DNA of 64,000 nucleotides from Candidatus Entotheonellaceae bacterium (GCA_965238075.1 OZ250173.1:512001-576000), one strand, 5' to 3'. Counted from the first letter of the stretch, positions 9,339 through 20,262 are shown. The notes: generated by a model from the sequence alone, not told the origin. Made by a program: numbers and translations.

Positions 9339-11906
9339 ATGGCCGAAGAACACATGGATCCGTACCACCTACCCCGCAACGCCATACCGTCGCGTTACGA
9401 CCTCACCCTGCAGCCCGACCTGCAAGCGGCGACCTTTACCGGCTCGGTTATCATTGCCCTCGAGGTAGTCGAAGCCGCCGACGCCATCTGGCTGAACGCC
9501 GCCGATCTGGAAATCATCTCCACCACCCTGGAGGACAACGACGGCAACCACGTGTGCAGCCCCGAGGCAGAGTTGCTGGCAGATCAGGAACGGTTGCGGC
9601 TGGGGCTCGGCGCCGCCCTGCCGCCCGGCGGCTATCGTCTGATGCTGGGCTTCGAGGGCATTCTTAACGACAAGCTGCACGGGTTCTACCGTTCCACCTT
9701 CAAGGACGACGACGGCAACGAGCACCTCATCGCCACCACACAGTTCGAAAGCACCGACGCCCGCCGCGCCTTTCCGTGCTTCGACGAGCCGGATTTCAAG
9801 GCCGTTTTCGGCGTCACCCTGATCGTGCCGGACGACCTGTACGCCGTCTCCAACGCCCCCATCGCCTCCGAAACGCCCGCCGGCAACGGCTGGCGTCTGG
9901 TGTCCTTCGACGACACCATGAAAATGTCAACCTATCTCGTGGCCTTCATCGTCGGCCCGTTCGAGGCCACCGAGGCGGTGGACGTGGACGGCGTGCCGCT
10001 GCGCGTCGTGCACCCCGTCGGCAAGGGGCACCTGACGGCGTTCGCGCTAGAGGTCGGCGCCTTCACCCTGCGCCATTTCGCGGCGTATTACGACATCCCC
10101 TACCCCGGCCAGAAGCTGGACCTCGTAGCCATCCCCGACTTCGCTTTCGGCGCCATGGAAAACCTCGGTTGCGTGACCTTCCGCGAGGTCTTGCTGCTCC
10201 TCGATCCGCAGCAGGCGACGCAGCCGGAGCGGGTGCGCGTGGCGGACGTCATCGCCCACGAAATCGCCCACATGTGGTTCGGCGATCTGGTCACCATGCG
10301 CTGGTGGAATGGCATCTGGCTGAACGAAGCCTTCGCCACCTTCATGGGCACCATGGCGGTGGACGCCTTTGACGCGCAATGGCAACGCTGGGTGCAGTTC
10401 GGCCTGGAGCGCTCGGCGGCGTTCGACGTGGATTCCCTGCACCACACCCGCCCGATCGAGTATCCGGTGCATTCCCCCAAAGATGCCGACGGCATGTTCG
10501 ACCTGCTCACCTACGAAAAGGGCGGCTCGGTGCTGCGCATGCTGGAGCAGCATCTCGACACAACGCCGTTCCGCGACGGCATCCGGCACTACCTGCGAAA
10601 GCACCAATACGGCAATACCGAGACCAACGACCTGTGGGACGCCATCGAGGAGGTGACCGGCGAACCGGCCCGCCGCGTCATGGATTCGTGGATTTACCAG
10701 CGCGGCTTCCCGCTGCTGTCAGTCGTCGGCGATGCGGCGGGCAAGTTCACCCTCAACCAGCAACGCTTCAGCTTCACACCGTTAAGCAACGGGAACGACT
10801 CCGTGTGGTCGATCCCCGTGACGCTGCGTTACGGGCACGCCGGCCAGGTGACGGAGCGGCGCGAGTTGCTGGAATCGGCATCGTTGGAGATCGATTTCGG
10901 CCGTCCCGTCGATTGGGTGGTGGTCAACGCCGGCGGGCACGGCTTCTACCGCGTGCGATACGCGCCGGATCTGTTGCAGCAGCTGCGGCCCATCATGCTG
11001 CAGCAACTCACCGCCATCGAACGCTACACCTTGGTAGACGACACCTGGGCGGCGGTACTGGCAGGAAATACCACGGCGGCCGATGTCCTCGCCCTGGCGC
11101 AGGGGCTGCGGGACGAAGACGACCTCGACGTGTGGACGCTGCTGTGCGGCTGCCTGGAGCAATTGGGCCGGCTGCTGGATGGGGAGGCCGAAGCGCGTTA
11201 CCAAGCGGAGTTGCGCAACCTGTATGCCCCGGCGCTAGAGCGACTGGGATGGACGCCGAAATCGGACGACACCTCGCGCACCCTGGAGCTGCGGGGGCTG
11301 ATCATCCGCTCGCTGGCGGTGACAGCCAGCGATGCCGCCGCGCAGGAACAGTGTCGCGACTTGCACGGCCGCTACCTGAAGGACAGCAGCAGCGTGGAGC
11401 CCAACGTCGCCGCCGCGGCGGCATCAGCGGTGGCCTGCTGCGGCAGCGAGGGCGATTACGGCGTGTTTGTCGAGCGCTTCAAGAGCGGCGCCACGCCGCA
11501 GGAAGTGCGGCGCTACCAGAACCTGCTGGCGTCGTTCCCCGGTACGGACCAAATGATCACGACGCTGGATATGAGCCTCGACGGCACCGTGCGCACCCAG
11601 GACGCCCCGTACCTGGTCGCGCAATGCCTGCGCAACAGACGCTGTGGCGGGCAGGCGTGGCGCTTCGTGCGCGACAACTGGGATGCCATGCTGGAGGCGT
11701 ATCCGAGCAACGCCATTGTGCGCATGCTGGACGGCGTCAAAACCCTGTCCGTGCCCGACGTCGCCGCCGACGTGACGGCGTTTTTCGCCAGCCACGAGGT
11801 ACCGCAGGGTGAATTGACGCTGCGGCAGCATCTGGAGCGTTTGCAGGTGAACGTGACGCTGCGTGAGCGGGAAGCGGAGCGCCTCGGGGCAGCGTTGGCG
11901 GGTTGA
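9339..11906 (+). CDS. pepN: M1 family aminopeptidase N with ERAP1-like C-terminal domain
   Basis: TQFE..DARRAFPCFDEP, GAMENLG, HEIAH(18)E zinc motif, YEKGG. Confidence 0.92.
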   Translation: MAEEHMDPYHLPRNAIPSRYDLTLQPDLQAATFTGSVIIALEVVEAADAIWLNAADLEIISTTLEDNDGNHVCSPEAELLADQERLRLGLGAALPPGGYRLMLGFEGILNDKLHGFYRSTFKDDDGNEHLIATTQFESTDARRAFPCFDEPDFKAVFGVTLIVPDDLYAVSNAPIASETPAGNGWRLVSFDDTMKMSTYLVAFIVGPFEATEAVDVDGVPLRVVHPVGKGHLTAFALEVGAFTLRHFAAYYDIPYPGQKLDLVAIPDFAFGAMENLGCVTFREVLLLLDPQQATQPERVRVADVIAHEIAHMWFGDLVTMRWWNGIWLNEAFATFMGTMAVDAFDAQWQRWVQFGLERSAAFDVDSLHHTRPIEYPVHSPKDADGMFDLLTYEKGGSVLRMLEQHLDTTPFRDGIRHYLRKHQYGNTETNDLWDAIEEVTGEPARRVMDSWIYQRGFPLLSVVGDAAGKFTLNQQRFSFTPLSNGNDSVWSIPVTLRYGHAGQVTERRELLESASLEIDFGRPVDWVVVNAGGHGFYRVRYAPDLLQQLRPIMLQQLTAIERYTLVDDTWAAVLAGNTTAADVLALAQGLRDEDDLDVWTLLCGCLEQLGRLLDGEAEARYQAELRNLYAPALERLGWTPKSDDTSRTLELRGLIIRSLAVTASDAAAQEQCRDLHGRYLKDSSSVEPNVAAAAASAVACCGSEGDYGVFVERFKSGATPQEVRRYQNLLASFPGTDQMITTLDMSLDGTVRTQDAPYLVAQCLRNRRCGGQAWRFVRDNWDAMLEAYPSNAIVRMLDGVKTLSVPDVAADVTAFFASHEVPQGELTLRQHLERLQVNVTLREREAERLGAALAG

Positions 11907-11978
11907 ATGAATAAATGGATTTCGGATGGTTTTCGCAGGGGCGGGAGTCACCACCCCCACTGAATTGAAATTTTCTGA

Positions 11979-12737
11979 CTATTGCGCCAAGGCGCCGCCG
12001 TCAATCACGAGCTCACTACCCGTCACGTACGACGCGTCGTCCGACGCCAGAAACAGCACGCCGGCAACGATCTCACCGACCAACGCCATGCGGCGCAGTG
12101 GCACCCGTTGCAGGCGCTCTCGCAGCACCTCCGGGTCGGGCATGGCGTTGTGCAGCATGGCGGTATCGACCGGCCCGGGGTGCACCGAGTTACAGCGGAT
12201 GTTGTCCTGGGCGCACTGGCTGGCCGTCACCTTGCTGAAGATGCGCACCGCCGCCTTGCTGGCCGCGTAAGCCGGCTCCTGGTGCGCCGACTGACCGATG
12301 CCGGCGACGGACGAGATATTCACGATGGAACCGCCGCCTGCCTTGCGCATCTCCGGGATGGCGTGCTTGGTGCCCAGAAAAACCCCCTTGGCGTTCACCG
12401 CCATGACCCGATCCCATTCCGCCTCCGAGCGCACCTCGATAGGCACCCGCGGGATGGTGATCCCGGCATTGTTCACCAGAATGTCCAGCTTGTCGAACCG
12501 CCGCACCGTCTCCTCGACCGCCTGCCGCCAATCGGCCTCGTTCGACACGTCCAGGTGCACGTAGGCCGCTTCCATCCCGTCAGCCAGCAATTCGGCTTCC
12601 AGATTGCGGCCGTCATCGTCGGCTACGTCGCCGAACACCACCTTGGCGCCCTCTCGGGCGAACGTTCTGGCCTCCGCGGCGCCTTGACCGCGCGCGCCGC
12701 CGCTGATCAGCGCCACCTTGCCGTCCAATTTGCCCAT
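11979..12737 (-). CDS. Short-chain dehydrogenase/reductase
   Basis: SGGARGQG, LVNNAG, NISS, YAASK, IDGG; start set at MGKLDGK. Confidence 0.9.
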   Translation of the reverse strand: MGKLDGKVALISGGARGQGAAEARTFAREGAKVVFGDVADDDGRNLEAELLADGMEAAYVHLDVSNEADWRQAVEETVRRFDKLDILVNNAGITIPRVPIEVRSEAEWDRVMAVNAKGVFLGTKHAIPEMRKAGGGSIVNISSVAGIGQSAHQEPAYAASKAAVRIFSKVTASQCAQDNIRCNSVHPGPVDTAMLHNAMPDPEVLRERLQRVPLRRMALVGEIVAGVLFLASDDASYVTGSELVIDGGALAQ

Positions 12738-12771
12738 GCTCCGCTCCCCTGCTCCGCGGGTACGCCCGCGG

Positions 12772-13743
12772 CTAGAAAAAATACTCCCGTTCACGCAGGG
12801 TGGGATACAACCCTGCGACCCACTGGCCGTAGCCGTTGAAAATCACCGTGTCGTATTTCTCGTCCGTGCCCAGCATGCGCTCGGTGGACTGCGACCAGCG
12901 CGGGTGCGAGACCACCGGGTTGACGTTGGCCCAGAAACCGTATTCCTTCGGTGCCAGGGTTTCCCAGAAGCTGACGGGCCGCTCCTTGACGAACTCGATG
13001 GACACGATCGATTTGATGCTCTTGAAGCCGTACTTCCACGGCGTGACGAGCCGCAGCGGGGCGCCGTGCTGCTTGGGTAACGGATGCCCGTACACGCCCG
13101 TCACCAGCAGGGTGAGTTCGTTCATGGCCTCCTCGATGGTCAGCCCCTCTTCGTACGGCCAGGGATACCAGACGCGCAATTGATTCAGCGCCACCGTCCG
13201 ATGCAGGAACGTCGTCAGCTTCACGTAGCGGGCTTGCAGGCTGGGCTGCACCTTTTTCATCAGAGCGGAGAACGGGAACCCGGTCCACGGCACCGCCATG
13301 GCCCAGGCCTCGACGCAGCGCAGGCGGTACAGTCGTTCTTCAAGCGGCATGGCGCGGATGAGGTCGTCGATGTCGAACGTCTGCGGGTTGTTGACCAAGC
13401 CGCCGACTTCCACCTGCCAGGGGCGGATTGTCAGGCGCTGCGCCAGGCGCGAGATGGTCTTGAAGGGGCCGAACTCGTAGAAATTGTTGTAGGCGGCAGC
13501 AACCTCTTCCTCCGTCACCGGACGGTCGAGCGTGAACTCCGGGTTGCGTTGCGCCGGATACAAGTCGAGGGTTTTGTCCGTGTCATCCTCCGCGGCGCAA
13601 CCGATGCCGCCCGCCGCGCCGAGGATGCCGCCGGCCGCCATCGCGGCGCTGCCGGCCAGGAACTTGCGGCGCTGCATGAACACCGATTCGGGTGTGGCTT
13701 TGCTCTCGGGAATCATCCAACCGGGTTTACGATGGTAATGCAT
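12772..13743 (-). CDS. msrP: Protein-methionine-sulfoxide reductase catalytic subunit (Mo, Tat-exported)
   Basis: TPE..F..RRKFL Tat motif, YNNFYEFG, ERLYRLRCVEAW, QHGAPLRLVTPWKYGFKSIKSI, EYGFWANVNP..HPRWSQ. Confidence 0.93.
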   Translation of the reverse strand: MHYHRKPGWMIPESKATPESVFMQRRKFLAGSAAMAAGGILGAAGGIGCAAEDDTDKTLDLYPAQRNPEFTLDRPVTEEEVAAAYNNFYEFGPFKTISRLAQRLTIRPWQVEVGGLVNNPQTFDIDDLIRAMPLEERLYRLRCVEAWAMAVPWTGFPFSALMKKVQPSLQARYVKLTTFLHRTVALNQLRVWYPWPYEEGLTIEEAMNELTLLVTGVYGHPLPKQHGAPLRLVTPWKYGFKSIKSIVSIEFVKERPVSFWETLAPKEYGFWANVNPVVSHPRWSQSTERMLGTDEKYDTVIFNGYGQWVAGLYPTLREREYFF

Positions 13744-13758
13744 GCGTAATCCTCCTTG

Positions 13759-14319
13759 TCAGCGGCTTTCGACCCCGGCCGCCAAGAGACGTTCAATGAT
13801 CCGGTGCGCCTGCGGCCCGGTCCAATCGCGGTACCCCATGCCGCCCGCCACCACCTGGCCGCGGCGGTCGATCAGGAAATTCGTCGGCGTCGCCTGAATG
13901 CCAAACGCCTCCTCGGCCCTCGCCCCCGGGTCCATGACGTGCGGGAAACTGAGGCTGTGCTTGGCGATGTAAGCCCTCACCTGCTCCGCTGTTTCCCCCA
14001 TGTTCACCGCCACAATCGCCAATCCATCCCCTTTGTATCTTTTGTACAGCGCCTCAAGTGCGGCGCGCTCCCGTTCGCAATAGTGGCACCAGGTGGTCCA
14101 GAAATTAAGGATGAGCACGCGGTCGCGGAACAACAGCAGGGGCACCAGCTTGCCGTCCACGTCCGGCAAGCTGACGTCCGGCAGAGCGATGGATTCGGGA
14201 AAGAGGAAGAGGTTCAGAGCTTCGTAGTCTGCCTCGTCGTCGGCAGTGGCGCGTTGCGAAACTGTGGTACCAAGAACAAGCAATGCGGCAATCAGTGCGG
14301 TAACGATCCAACGTTTCAT
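13759..14319 (-). CDS. TlpA/ResA-type periplasmic thiol-disulfide oxidoreductase
   Basis: Signal peptide, LNFWTTWCHYC, ATPTNFLIDR. Confidence 0.85.
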   Translation of the reverse strand: MKRWIVTALIAALLVLGTTVSQRATADDEADYEALNLFLFPESIALPDVSLPDVDGKLVPLLLFRDRVLILNFWTTWCHYCERERAALEALYKRYKGDGLAIVAVNMGETAEQVRAYIAKHSLSFPHVMDPGARAEEAFGIQATPTNFLIDRRGQVVAGGMGYRDWTGPQAHRIIERLLAAGVESR

Positions 14320-14405
14320 GGTATGTGTTCCATTTCCGTGAGCAATAGCATCTCGACGTGCTGTCAGAGTGAGTCGGGCTGTTTTTCCTGGTCCAACATG
14401 AAAAC

Positions 14406-14873
14406 TCAGGAATGCAGGGCTACATTCCTTTCATCCCACTCCTTGGCCTGCACGCCAACCACCAACTGCTGACTTAAAGCCGCCAGAGCCGCTTCCAGAC
14501 GTGACAGTTTGGACGCATGGCGCGGGTCCAGTAGCCGTCGCATTTCTTTTTCATCGCAGCACAGATGCGCGGCGATTTCGACCGGCGTCATACCTGTCTG
14601 CCGGACGGCCAGGTACAGCGCCGCCTTCGCCGCAGTTTGTGCGGGCAATGGGACCGGATAGCGGTCCGGCCCCGTCGGAGACGCTTTAGGAAGGCACGCT
14701 TCGCGCCGGATACGACCGGCGATGGCCTCCTCCAGGCAGTCAGCCGCCTGCTGCAAGGCGTCGGGCACGTCTTCCCCCTGCGTAATGGCTTCCGGCACGT
14801 CAGGAAAGGTGACCACAAATCCGCCATCTTGCTCGTCCGGCGTGAGGATGGCGGGATAAACAAAGTTTCGCAT
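14406..14873 (-). CDS. hicB: HicB family antitoxin
   Basis: YPAILTP..DGGFVVTFPDVPEAITQGE plus C-terminal HTH. Confidence 0.88.
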   Translation of the reverse strand: MRNFVYPAILTPDEQDGGFVVTFPDVPEAITQGEDVPDALQQAADCLEEAIAGRIRREACLPKASPTGPDRYPVPLPAQTAAKAALYLAVRQTGMTPVEIAAHLCCDEKEMRRLLDPRHASKLSRLEAALAALSQQLVVGVQAKEWDERNVALHS

Positions 14874-14885
14874 CGATCGTGCCTC

Positions 14886-15097
14886 CTACAACTCGGCGCG
14901 CGTCAAGCCAAGCTGGGCCAGCATGACATGCAAAGTACCGGTCTTCAATCCGTCCCTTGGATTCCGAACGATGGTCAAACGGTCACCGAAGTACAACGTC
15001 CCATGACTTCCTTTCCACGCTCGGCCACAAACTCAACCTTGAGACCTCGGCGACGTCCAAGTCTTCTGATCCTGCGAATGAATTCATTGCCTGTCAT
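14886..15097 (-). pseudogene. hicA: HicA family toxin, frameshifted
   Basis: MTGNEFIRRIRRLG...ERGK then SHGTLYFG...KTGTLHVMLAQLGL in another frame; one base missing in the GKGSH codons near 15011; span is 212 nt. Confidence 0.8.
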
Positions 15098-15182
15098 GGA
15101 AAGCTTTAGGCAGTCGGCGCCTTTTTCGTTTTGGACAGCATTCTATTCTCATCAGCAATTCGATAGCCCCCAATGGAGAAGG

Positions 15183-17417
15183 CTACCACTCGGGCCGAAA
15201 ACGACGCAGGCGCAAGGAATTGCACACCACGGACACCGAGCTCAGCGCCATGGCGGCGGCGGCGAGGGCCGGATTGAGCGACACGCCGAAGACGGGGTAC
15301 AGAACCCCGGCAGCTACGGGGATGCCCAGCAGGTTGTAGATGAAGGCCCAGAAGAGATTCTGCCGGATGGTGCGCATGGTGCGGCGGGAAAGCTGCATGG
15401 CGGTCGCAACGCCGCGCACGTCGCCGGTGATCAGGGTGACGTCAGCCGCCGCCAAGGCGACGTCGGTGCCGCTGCCGATGGCGATGCCCACGTCGGCCTG
15501 CGCCAGGGCCGGGGCATCGTTGATGCCGTCGCCCACCATCGCGACGCGCTTGCCTTGCGCTTGCAGGTGTTTAACTTGCGCGGCTTTCTGGTCGGGCATG
15601 ACCTCGGCCAGGACGGTGTCAATGCCGAGTTGCCGCGCCACGGCCTGGGCGCTGCGGCGATGATCGCCGGTGAGCATAAGCACTTCGAGGCCCAGTTGGT
15701 GGAGGGCGGCAACGGCTTCGCGGGCATGCGGCTTGAGGGTGTCGGCCACGGCAATAACCCCGGCGGCGCGGCGGTCCAAGGCGACGAAAACCGGTGTTTT
15801 GCCATCGCCAGCCAAGCGCTCTGCGATTTCTTCGAGCTTGCCCAGCTGGATGCCGGCGTGCTGCATGAGGGCGTGATTGCCAATCAGCACCGATTGAGCA
15901 TCGACCACTGCCGACATTCCCTGGCCTGGCAGAGCTTCGGCGTCGCGCGGGGCTTCGAGCACCAAGCCCTCGGCCCGCGCGGCTGCGACGATGGCTTGGG
16001 CCACCGGGTGCTCGGATGCCTGCTCCGTGGAGGCAGCCAGGCGCAGGACCTCGGATTCGGTGAAGCCGTTGTGGGTGACGATATCGGTGACGCTCGGTTG
16101 GCCCAGCGTGAGGGTGCCGGTTTTGTCCAGAACGACGGCCTGGAGCTTGTGAGCGGTTTCCAAGGCGGGACTGCTCTTGAACAGAATGCCGTGCTCGGCG
16201 CCCTTGCCGGTGCCGACCCGGATGGCCGTGGGAGTGGCCAACCCCAGCGCGCAGGGGCAGGCGATAATCAGCACGGCGACAAAGTTGAGCAACGCGAAAG
16301 CAATAGCTGGGGCCGGACCCCACAGCAGCCAAGCGGCGAAGGTGAGCAGGGCAGCGCCGAGCACCGCGGGCACGAAGATGCGGGCGACCTCGTCGGCCAG
16401 CCGCTGGATGGGCGCCTTGGAGCCCTGCGCCTCTTCGACCAGCCGGACGATCTGGGCCAGCACGGTGTGGCGCCCAACCCGCGTGGCGCGCAGGGTAAAG
16501 CTGCCGGTCTTGTTGAGGGTAGCGCCGAAGACAGAATCGCCGGCGCTCTTGTCCAGCGGCAGGCTCTCGCCGGTGAGCATTGACTCGTCGAGCGTTGGGC
16601 GGCCCTCGGTGATATCGCCGTCGACCGGCACCTTTTCGCCCGGCCGCACCAGCACGAGATCGCCGATCGTCACGTCCGCTACCGGAATGTCCACGGTCTC
16701 GCCGCCGCGCCACACGCGGGCCGTCCTGGCCTGCAGGCCCATGAGCTTGCGGATGGCCTCGGAGGTCTGACCGCGCGCCCGTGCTTCCAGCAGGCGGCCC
16801 AGGATGATCAGGGTGAGAATCATGACGGCGGTGTCGAAGTAGACGTGCGTGCCGACACCGAGACGGCTGAAGGCTTGCGGCAGGAAGGTGACCGCGGCGC
16901 TGTACAGATAGGCCGCCGAGGTGCCGAGTGCGATGAGGGTGTTCATGTCGGCGCTCTTCTGTTTCAGCGCCGCCCAGGTGCCTTGGTAGAACGACCAGCC
17001 GACCCAGAATTGCACCGGCGTGGTGAGGGCGAGGAGCACGTACGGTTGCCGCAGCCAGTCAGGCGTCCAGGGAAACAGGACAGGCATGGAGCCGAGCATG
17101 ACGGGCACACTGAGCGCCAGGCTGACGGCGAGTTTACGGCTGAGGTCGCGGATTTCTGCCGTCCGCGCCAAGCGCTCGTGGTCGATGGGGTCGTCAGGGT
17201 CGACGTCGAGAACGGTATAGCCGACGTCCTTGATCTTGCGGCTGATGGCGGGGCGATCCAGCGCCAGAGGGTCGAAATGCACGGTCGCTTTTTCGGTAGC
17301 GAAATTGACCTGCGCCTGCTGCACGCCGGCGAGGTCCTGCAGGGCCTTTTCGATACGTCCGGCGCAGCCGGCGCAGTGCATGCCGCTGATGGGCAAATCA
17401 AGGCGCTGTGTCGCCAT
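15183..17417 (-). CDS. copA: Cu(I)-translocating P1B ATPase
   Basis: [43 protein letters not shown] and MALSS motifs. Confidence 0.93.
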   Translation of the reverse strand: MATQRLDLPISGMHCAGCAGRIEKALQDLAGVQQAQVNFATEKATVHFDPLALDRPAISRKIKDVGYTVLDVDPDDPIDHERLARTAEIRDLSRKLAVSLALSVPVMLGSMPVLFPWTPDWLRQPYVLLALTTPVQFWVGWSFYQGTWAALKQKSADMNTLIALGTSAAYLYSAAVTFLPQAFSRLGVGTHVYFDTAVMILTLIILGRLLEARARGQTSEAIRKLMGLQARTARVWRGGETVDIPVADVTIGDLVLVRPGEKVPVDGDITEGRPTLDESMLTGESLPLDKSAGDSVFGATLNKTGSFTLRATRVGRHTVLAQIVRLVEEAQGSKAPIQRLADEVARIFVPAVLGAALLTFAAWLLWGPAPAIAFALLNFVAVLIIACPCALGLATPTAIRVGTGKGAEHGILFKSSPALETAHKLQAVVLDKTGTLTLGQPSVTDIVTHNGFTESEVLRLAASTEQASEHPVAQAIVAAARAEGLVLEAPRDAEALPGQGMSAVVDAQSVLIGNHALMQHAGIQLGKLEEIAERLAGDGKTPVFVALDRRAAGVIAVADTLKPHAREAVAALHQLGLEVLMLTGDHRRSAQAVARQLGIDTVLAEVMPDQKAAQVKHLQAQGKRVAMVGDGINDAPALAQADVGIAIGSGTDVALAAADVTLITGDVRGVATAMQLSRRTMRTIRQNLFWAFIYNLLGIPVAAGVLYPVFGVSLNPALAAAAMALSSVSVVCNSLRLRRFRPEW

Positions 17418-17465
17418 ACCAAAGCCTTTCCGCGCCAGGGCCGAATGACCCCCGGCCTCTGAAAG

Positions 17466-18359
17466 TTACCCTTCGTACACCTCCTTGAAACGCCGAATGG
17501 AATCGATATGTTCCTGGGCCGTGGTGAGCCCGGCGCCGGTGGTGCCGATGCCGAGATGGGTGGCGCCTACGGCCTTCCAGGCGTTGGCCTCGTCGATCCA
17601 GGCTTGCGGACCGGTTTTGGCGTCCAAGACAATGCGACCTTCGAGGCCGAGGCTCGCCGGGTCCCGGCCGGCTTCGTCGGCGTAGCGGCGGATGCGGTCG
17701 ATGACCTCACGGCCCTCATCGCTCAGCGGAAACAGCGGGAACCAGCCGTCGGCGAGCCGCGCGATGCGGCGCATGGCCACGTCGAGAGGCATCGGACGCC
17801 CCGGCGCGCCGGCGCCGATCCAGATAGGAATGGGGCGCTGAACCGGTAGCGGCTTGATGCCGGCGTGGTCGATCCGGTGCCACTGGCCCTGGTAGTCGAC
17901 GACCTCCTGCGTCCACAACAAGCGCAGCACCTCGATCTGCTCCTCGCTACGCTTGCCGCGTGAGCGCCAATCCTCATTCAGCGCCTCGAACTCCACCGGA
18001 TTCCAGCCGACGCCGATGCCCAGCCTTACCCGTCCGCCGCTGAGCACGTCCACCTGCGCCGCCTGCTTGGCCACCAACGCCGTCTGCCGCTGCGGCAGGA
18101 TGATGATGCCGGTGGTCAGCTCCAGGTTGGTGGTTATCGCGGCCAGATACGCCATCAGCGTGAACGGCTCGTGGATATAGCTCTCGTGCGTGTAGTAAAA
18201 CGTCGGCACCTCCGGGTGGAACTGCGGGTCGGCGCCCAGAACGTGGTCCAAAATCCGCAGGTGCGAGTATCCCAGCTCGTCCGCGGTCTGCACAAAATCC
18301 CGCGAGGCGGCAAAATCCGCCCCGATATCGACAGTCGGAAACGCAACCCCAACGCGCAT
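17466..18359 (-). CDS. LLM class (putatively F420-dependent) oxidoreductase
   Basis: DHVLG, HEPF, LPQRQTALVAKQAA.VDVLSGGR.RLGIGVGWN..EFEAL. Confidence 0.85.
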   Translation of the reverse strand: MRVGVAFPTVDIGADFAASRDFVQTADELGYSHLRILDHVLGADPQFHPEVPTFYYTHESYIHEPFTLMAYLAAITTNLELTTGIIILPQRQTALVAKQAAQVDVLSGGRVRLGIGVGWNPVEFEALNEDWRSRGKRSEEQIEVLRLLWTQEVVDYQGQWHRIDHAGIKPLPVQRPIPIWIGAGAPGRPMPLDVAMRRIARLADGWFPLFPLSDEGREVIDRIRRYADEAGRDPASLGLEGRIVLDAKTGPQAWIDEANAWKAVGATHLGIGTTGAGLTTAQEHIDSIRRFKEVYEG

Positions 18360-18558
18360 GTCGCCAACACCTCTCCAAAACGTTTTCACCGTGCCCCAAG
18401 GCCGTTATGTCGGTGAGCAGCATAAGACCTTCACCCCCGGTTTTCAACCGGGCAGGAGGCCGCCAAGCCCTTGACGGGTAGGCCCCGGCCTATTGACCTG
18501 GGTAACTCTAGGGACATAATTTCACGGTCTCTTCCGCCCGCAAGCGAATCGACTCCAT

Positions 18559-18910
18559 ATGAAGCAAGGCCCGCCCGTGACCGAAGCCAACACCCCTCCG
18601 ATAGATTCCCCAAGCAGTGACGTTGAAATTCTGATCGGCGACAGCCGCGACGTGCTGAGCCGGCTGGAGGTCCAGTCCGTGCAATGCTGTGTCACCTCGC
18701 CGCCGTACTTTGGGTTGAGGGACTGCGAACATGCCGAGCAAATTGGCGCTGAAGCCTCCCCTGAGGACTACGTGGAGAATCTGGTGCGGATTTTCCGGGA
18801 AGTCCGACGGGTGCTGAGGAACGACGGAACACTGTGGCTGAATGTCGGCTACGGCTACGCTCGTAACGGCGGCACCGGGAAAAGTGGCCCCAACGCGCAA
18901 GTCGGCAATG
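18559..18910 (+). pseudogene. N4/N6 DNA methyltransferase, 5' fragment
   Basis: GDSRDVL, VQCCVTSPPYFGLRD, VRRVLRNDGTLWLNVG; no DPFxGxG SAM motif; truncated. Confidence 0.8.
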
Positions 18911-19422
18911 CACTGACAATCAAACCCTGTCAGCCGCCCTTGGCCATGGGTATATCGTGACCCCGGACATCGTCGTTGCCCGTCACCCTGCCACGCACGA
19001 AGATGTCAACACGTCCCGCGACTTCCTGGACAATGCGGCCTTAGCCTCGCTCACCCCGTTCCTGGCAAGAAATCAGTCAACCAGCCTGCCGTTCCTGCAC
19101 GCCAGCGTGTCGTGCAAGTGGACGGATCCGAAGCGATCGTTCCCAAAACACCCGTACCGAAGCACTCAACCTCATTCGCAATCGCAAGGGCAACTTGCCA
19201 CATATCGTGGCGGTAACGGCCGAACCCCTCCCGATGCGGATTGCATCCCTGGCTCTCGGCACGGGCGACCTGGACTGCGTGTATCACTTCGCCTTGGACG
19301 AGTTGAGGGAGGTGTGCGAATCGCTTCCCGGGTGCGAAGACCAAGCGGAGATGCTGGCAACCATGGTTGAGGGAGACAGAATGCGAGACATCAGCGACCT
19401 GCCGTTTGACCTTGCTGTTTGA
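18911..19422 (+). pseudogene. NgoMIV-family type II restriction endonuclease, 3' fragment with frameshift
   Basis: AALGHGYIVTPDIVV...LHASVSCKWT / IRSDRSQNTRTEALNLIRNRKG.LPHIVAVTAEP...LALGTGDLDCVYHFAL...RDISDLPFDLAV; extra base near 19125. Confidence 0.82.
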
Positions 19423-19464
19423 TACTTCCCCTCTCCAAACCCGTTGACCGGACAGCCCGACTGT

Positions 19465-20262
19465 TCAATCGTCATCTCCCGGGGGTTGAAAACCGGGTAT
19501 GGATCTGAAGAGCATGGACACGACTGCGGGTGGCGCCTTCACAGCCAAGTCTGCAAGGATGCCTTGAAGGGCCTGCTCAGGGCTCCGACCCTGCAGGAGT
19601 TCGTCGGGTGATACGGAATCGTCCCCGTCAGAATCGTAGGAGCCGATCAGGTGAGTGACAACGAAGGGGCCCAATGCGGAAGCCGCAAGTTGGGAGATAA
19701 GGAGCTTGTCTAAAGATACGAACGCTTCTCGCTGCCGGGCGACAACCCCCTGATAGGCAATGAAGAAACTCCCCGCACGCATCGCTTGCCGAAGCTCGGC
19801 ACGGGAAAATACCCCGTCTCCGGTGACGTCGACCAGGTCGGTAACAACCGCGACACACCGTGGCGTGACGCCTTCCATGCGCCTGCACAGCGTGACGAAA
19901 TCATCGAGTTCGCTGAAAACGGTAACAACGTCGGCAAGCAGCAGGGACATGGACCCCGGCAGCGCATCGCATGGCTTGAGATTATCCACGGACAGGACCC
20001 GTTCATGCGCTTCGCCTTTCACCCTCAGAATCAAGGATCCGCCCACCCATTCAGCCGGGACGACCGCCACCCGGGTTGCCAGCCCCTCCCCTTCGATCAT
20101 CAGGGCGATACGCGCATTCACGAGGAGCGTGAGACCATCTTTACCGCAGGCGGCTGTGCTCCAGATGCCCGCCGCCCGCTCCGCTACGGGCTCGGCTGCA
20201 GATGACAAGCCGGACAATAGGAAAGCTGCAAGGCCAGCTATCAAGTAAGTAGACCATCTCAT
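19465..20262 (-). CDS. Secreted hypothetical protein with two EF-hand-like loops
   Basis: Signal peptide; DVTGDGVFSRAEL and DSDGDDSVSPDEL. Confidence 0.6.
   Translation of the reverse strand: MRWSTYLIAGLAAFLLSGLSSAAEPVAERAAGIWSTAACGKDGLTLLVNARIALMIEGEGLATRVAVVPAEWVGGSLILRVKGEAHERVLSVDNLKPCDALPGSMSLLLADVVTVFSELDDFVTLCRRMEGVTPRCVAVVTDLVDVTGDGVFSRAELRQAMRAGSFFIAYQGVVARQREAFVSLDKLLISQLAASALGPFVVTHLIGSYDSDGDDSVSPDELLQGRSPEQALQGILADLAVKAPPAVVSMLFRSIPGFQPPGDDD

Noticed and set aside
14565-16583. 672-aa plus-strand ORF (likewise 4158-5660, 10379-11812, 25360-26850, 36412-37848, 59491-61155)
   Set aside because: Antisense or off-frame shadows of well-supported genes in GC-rich DNA; no motifs.
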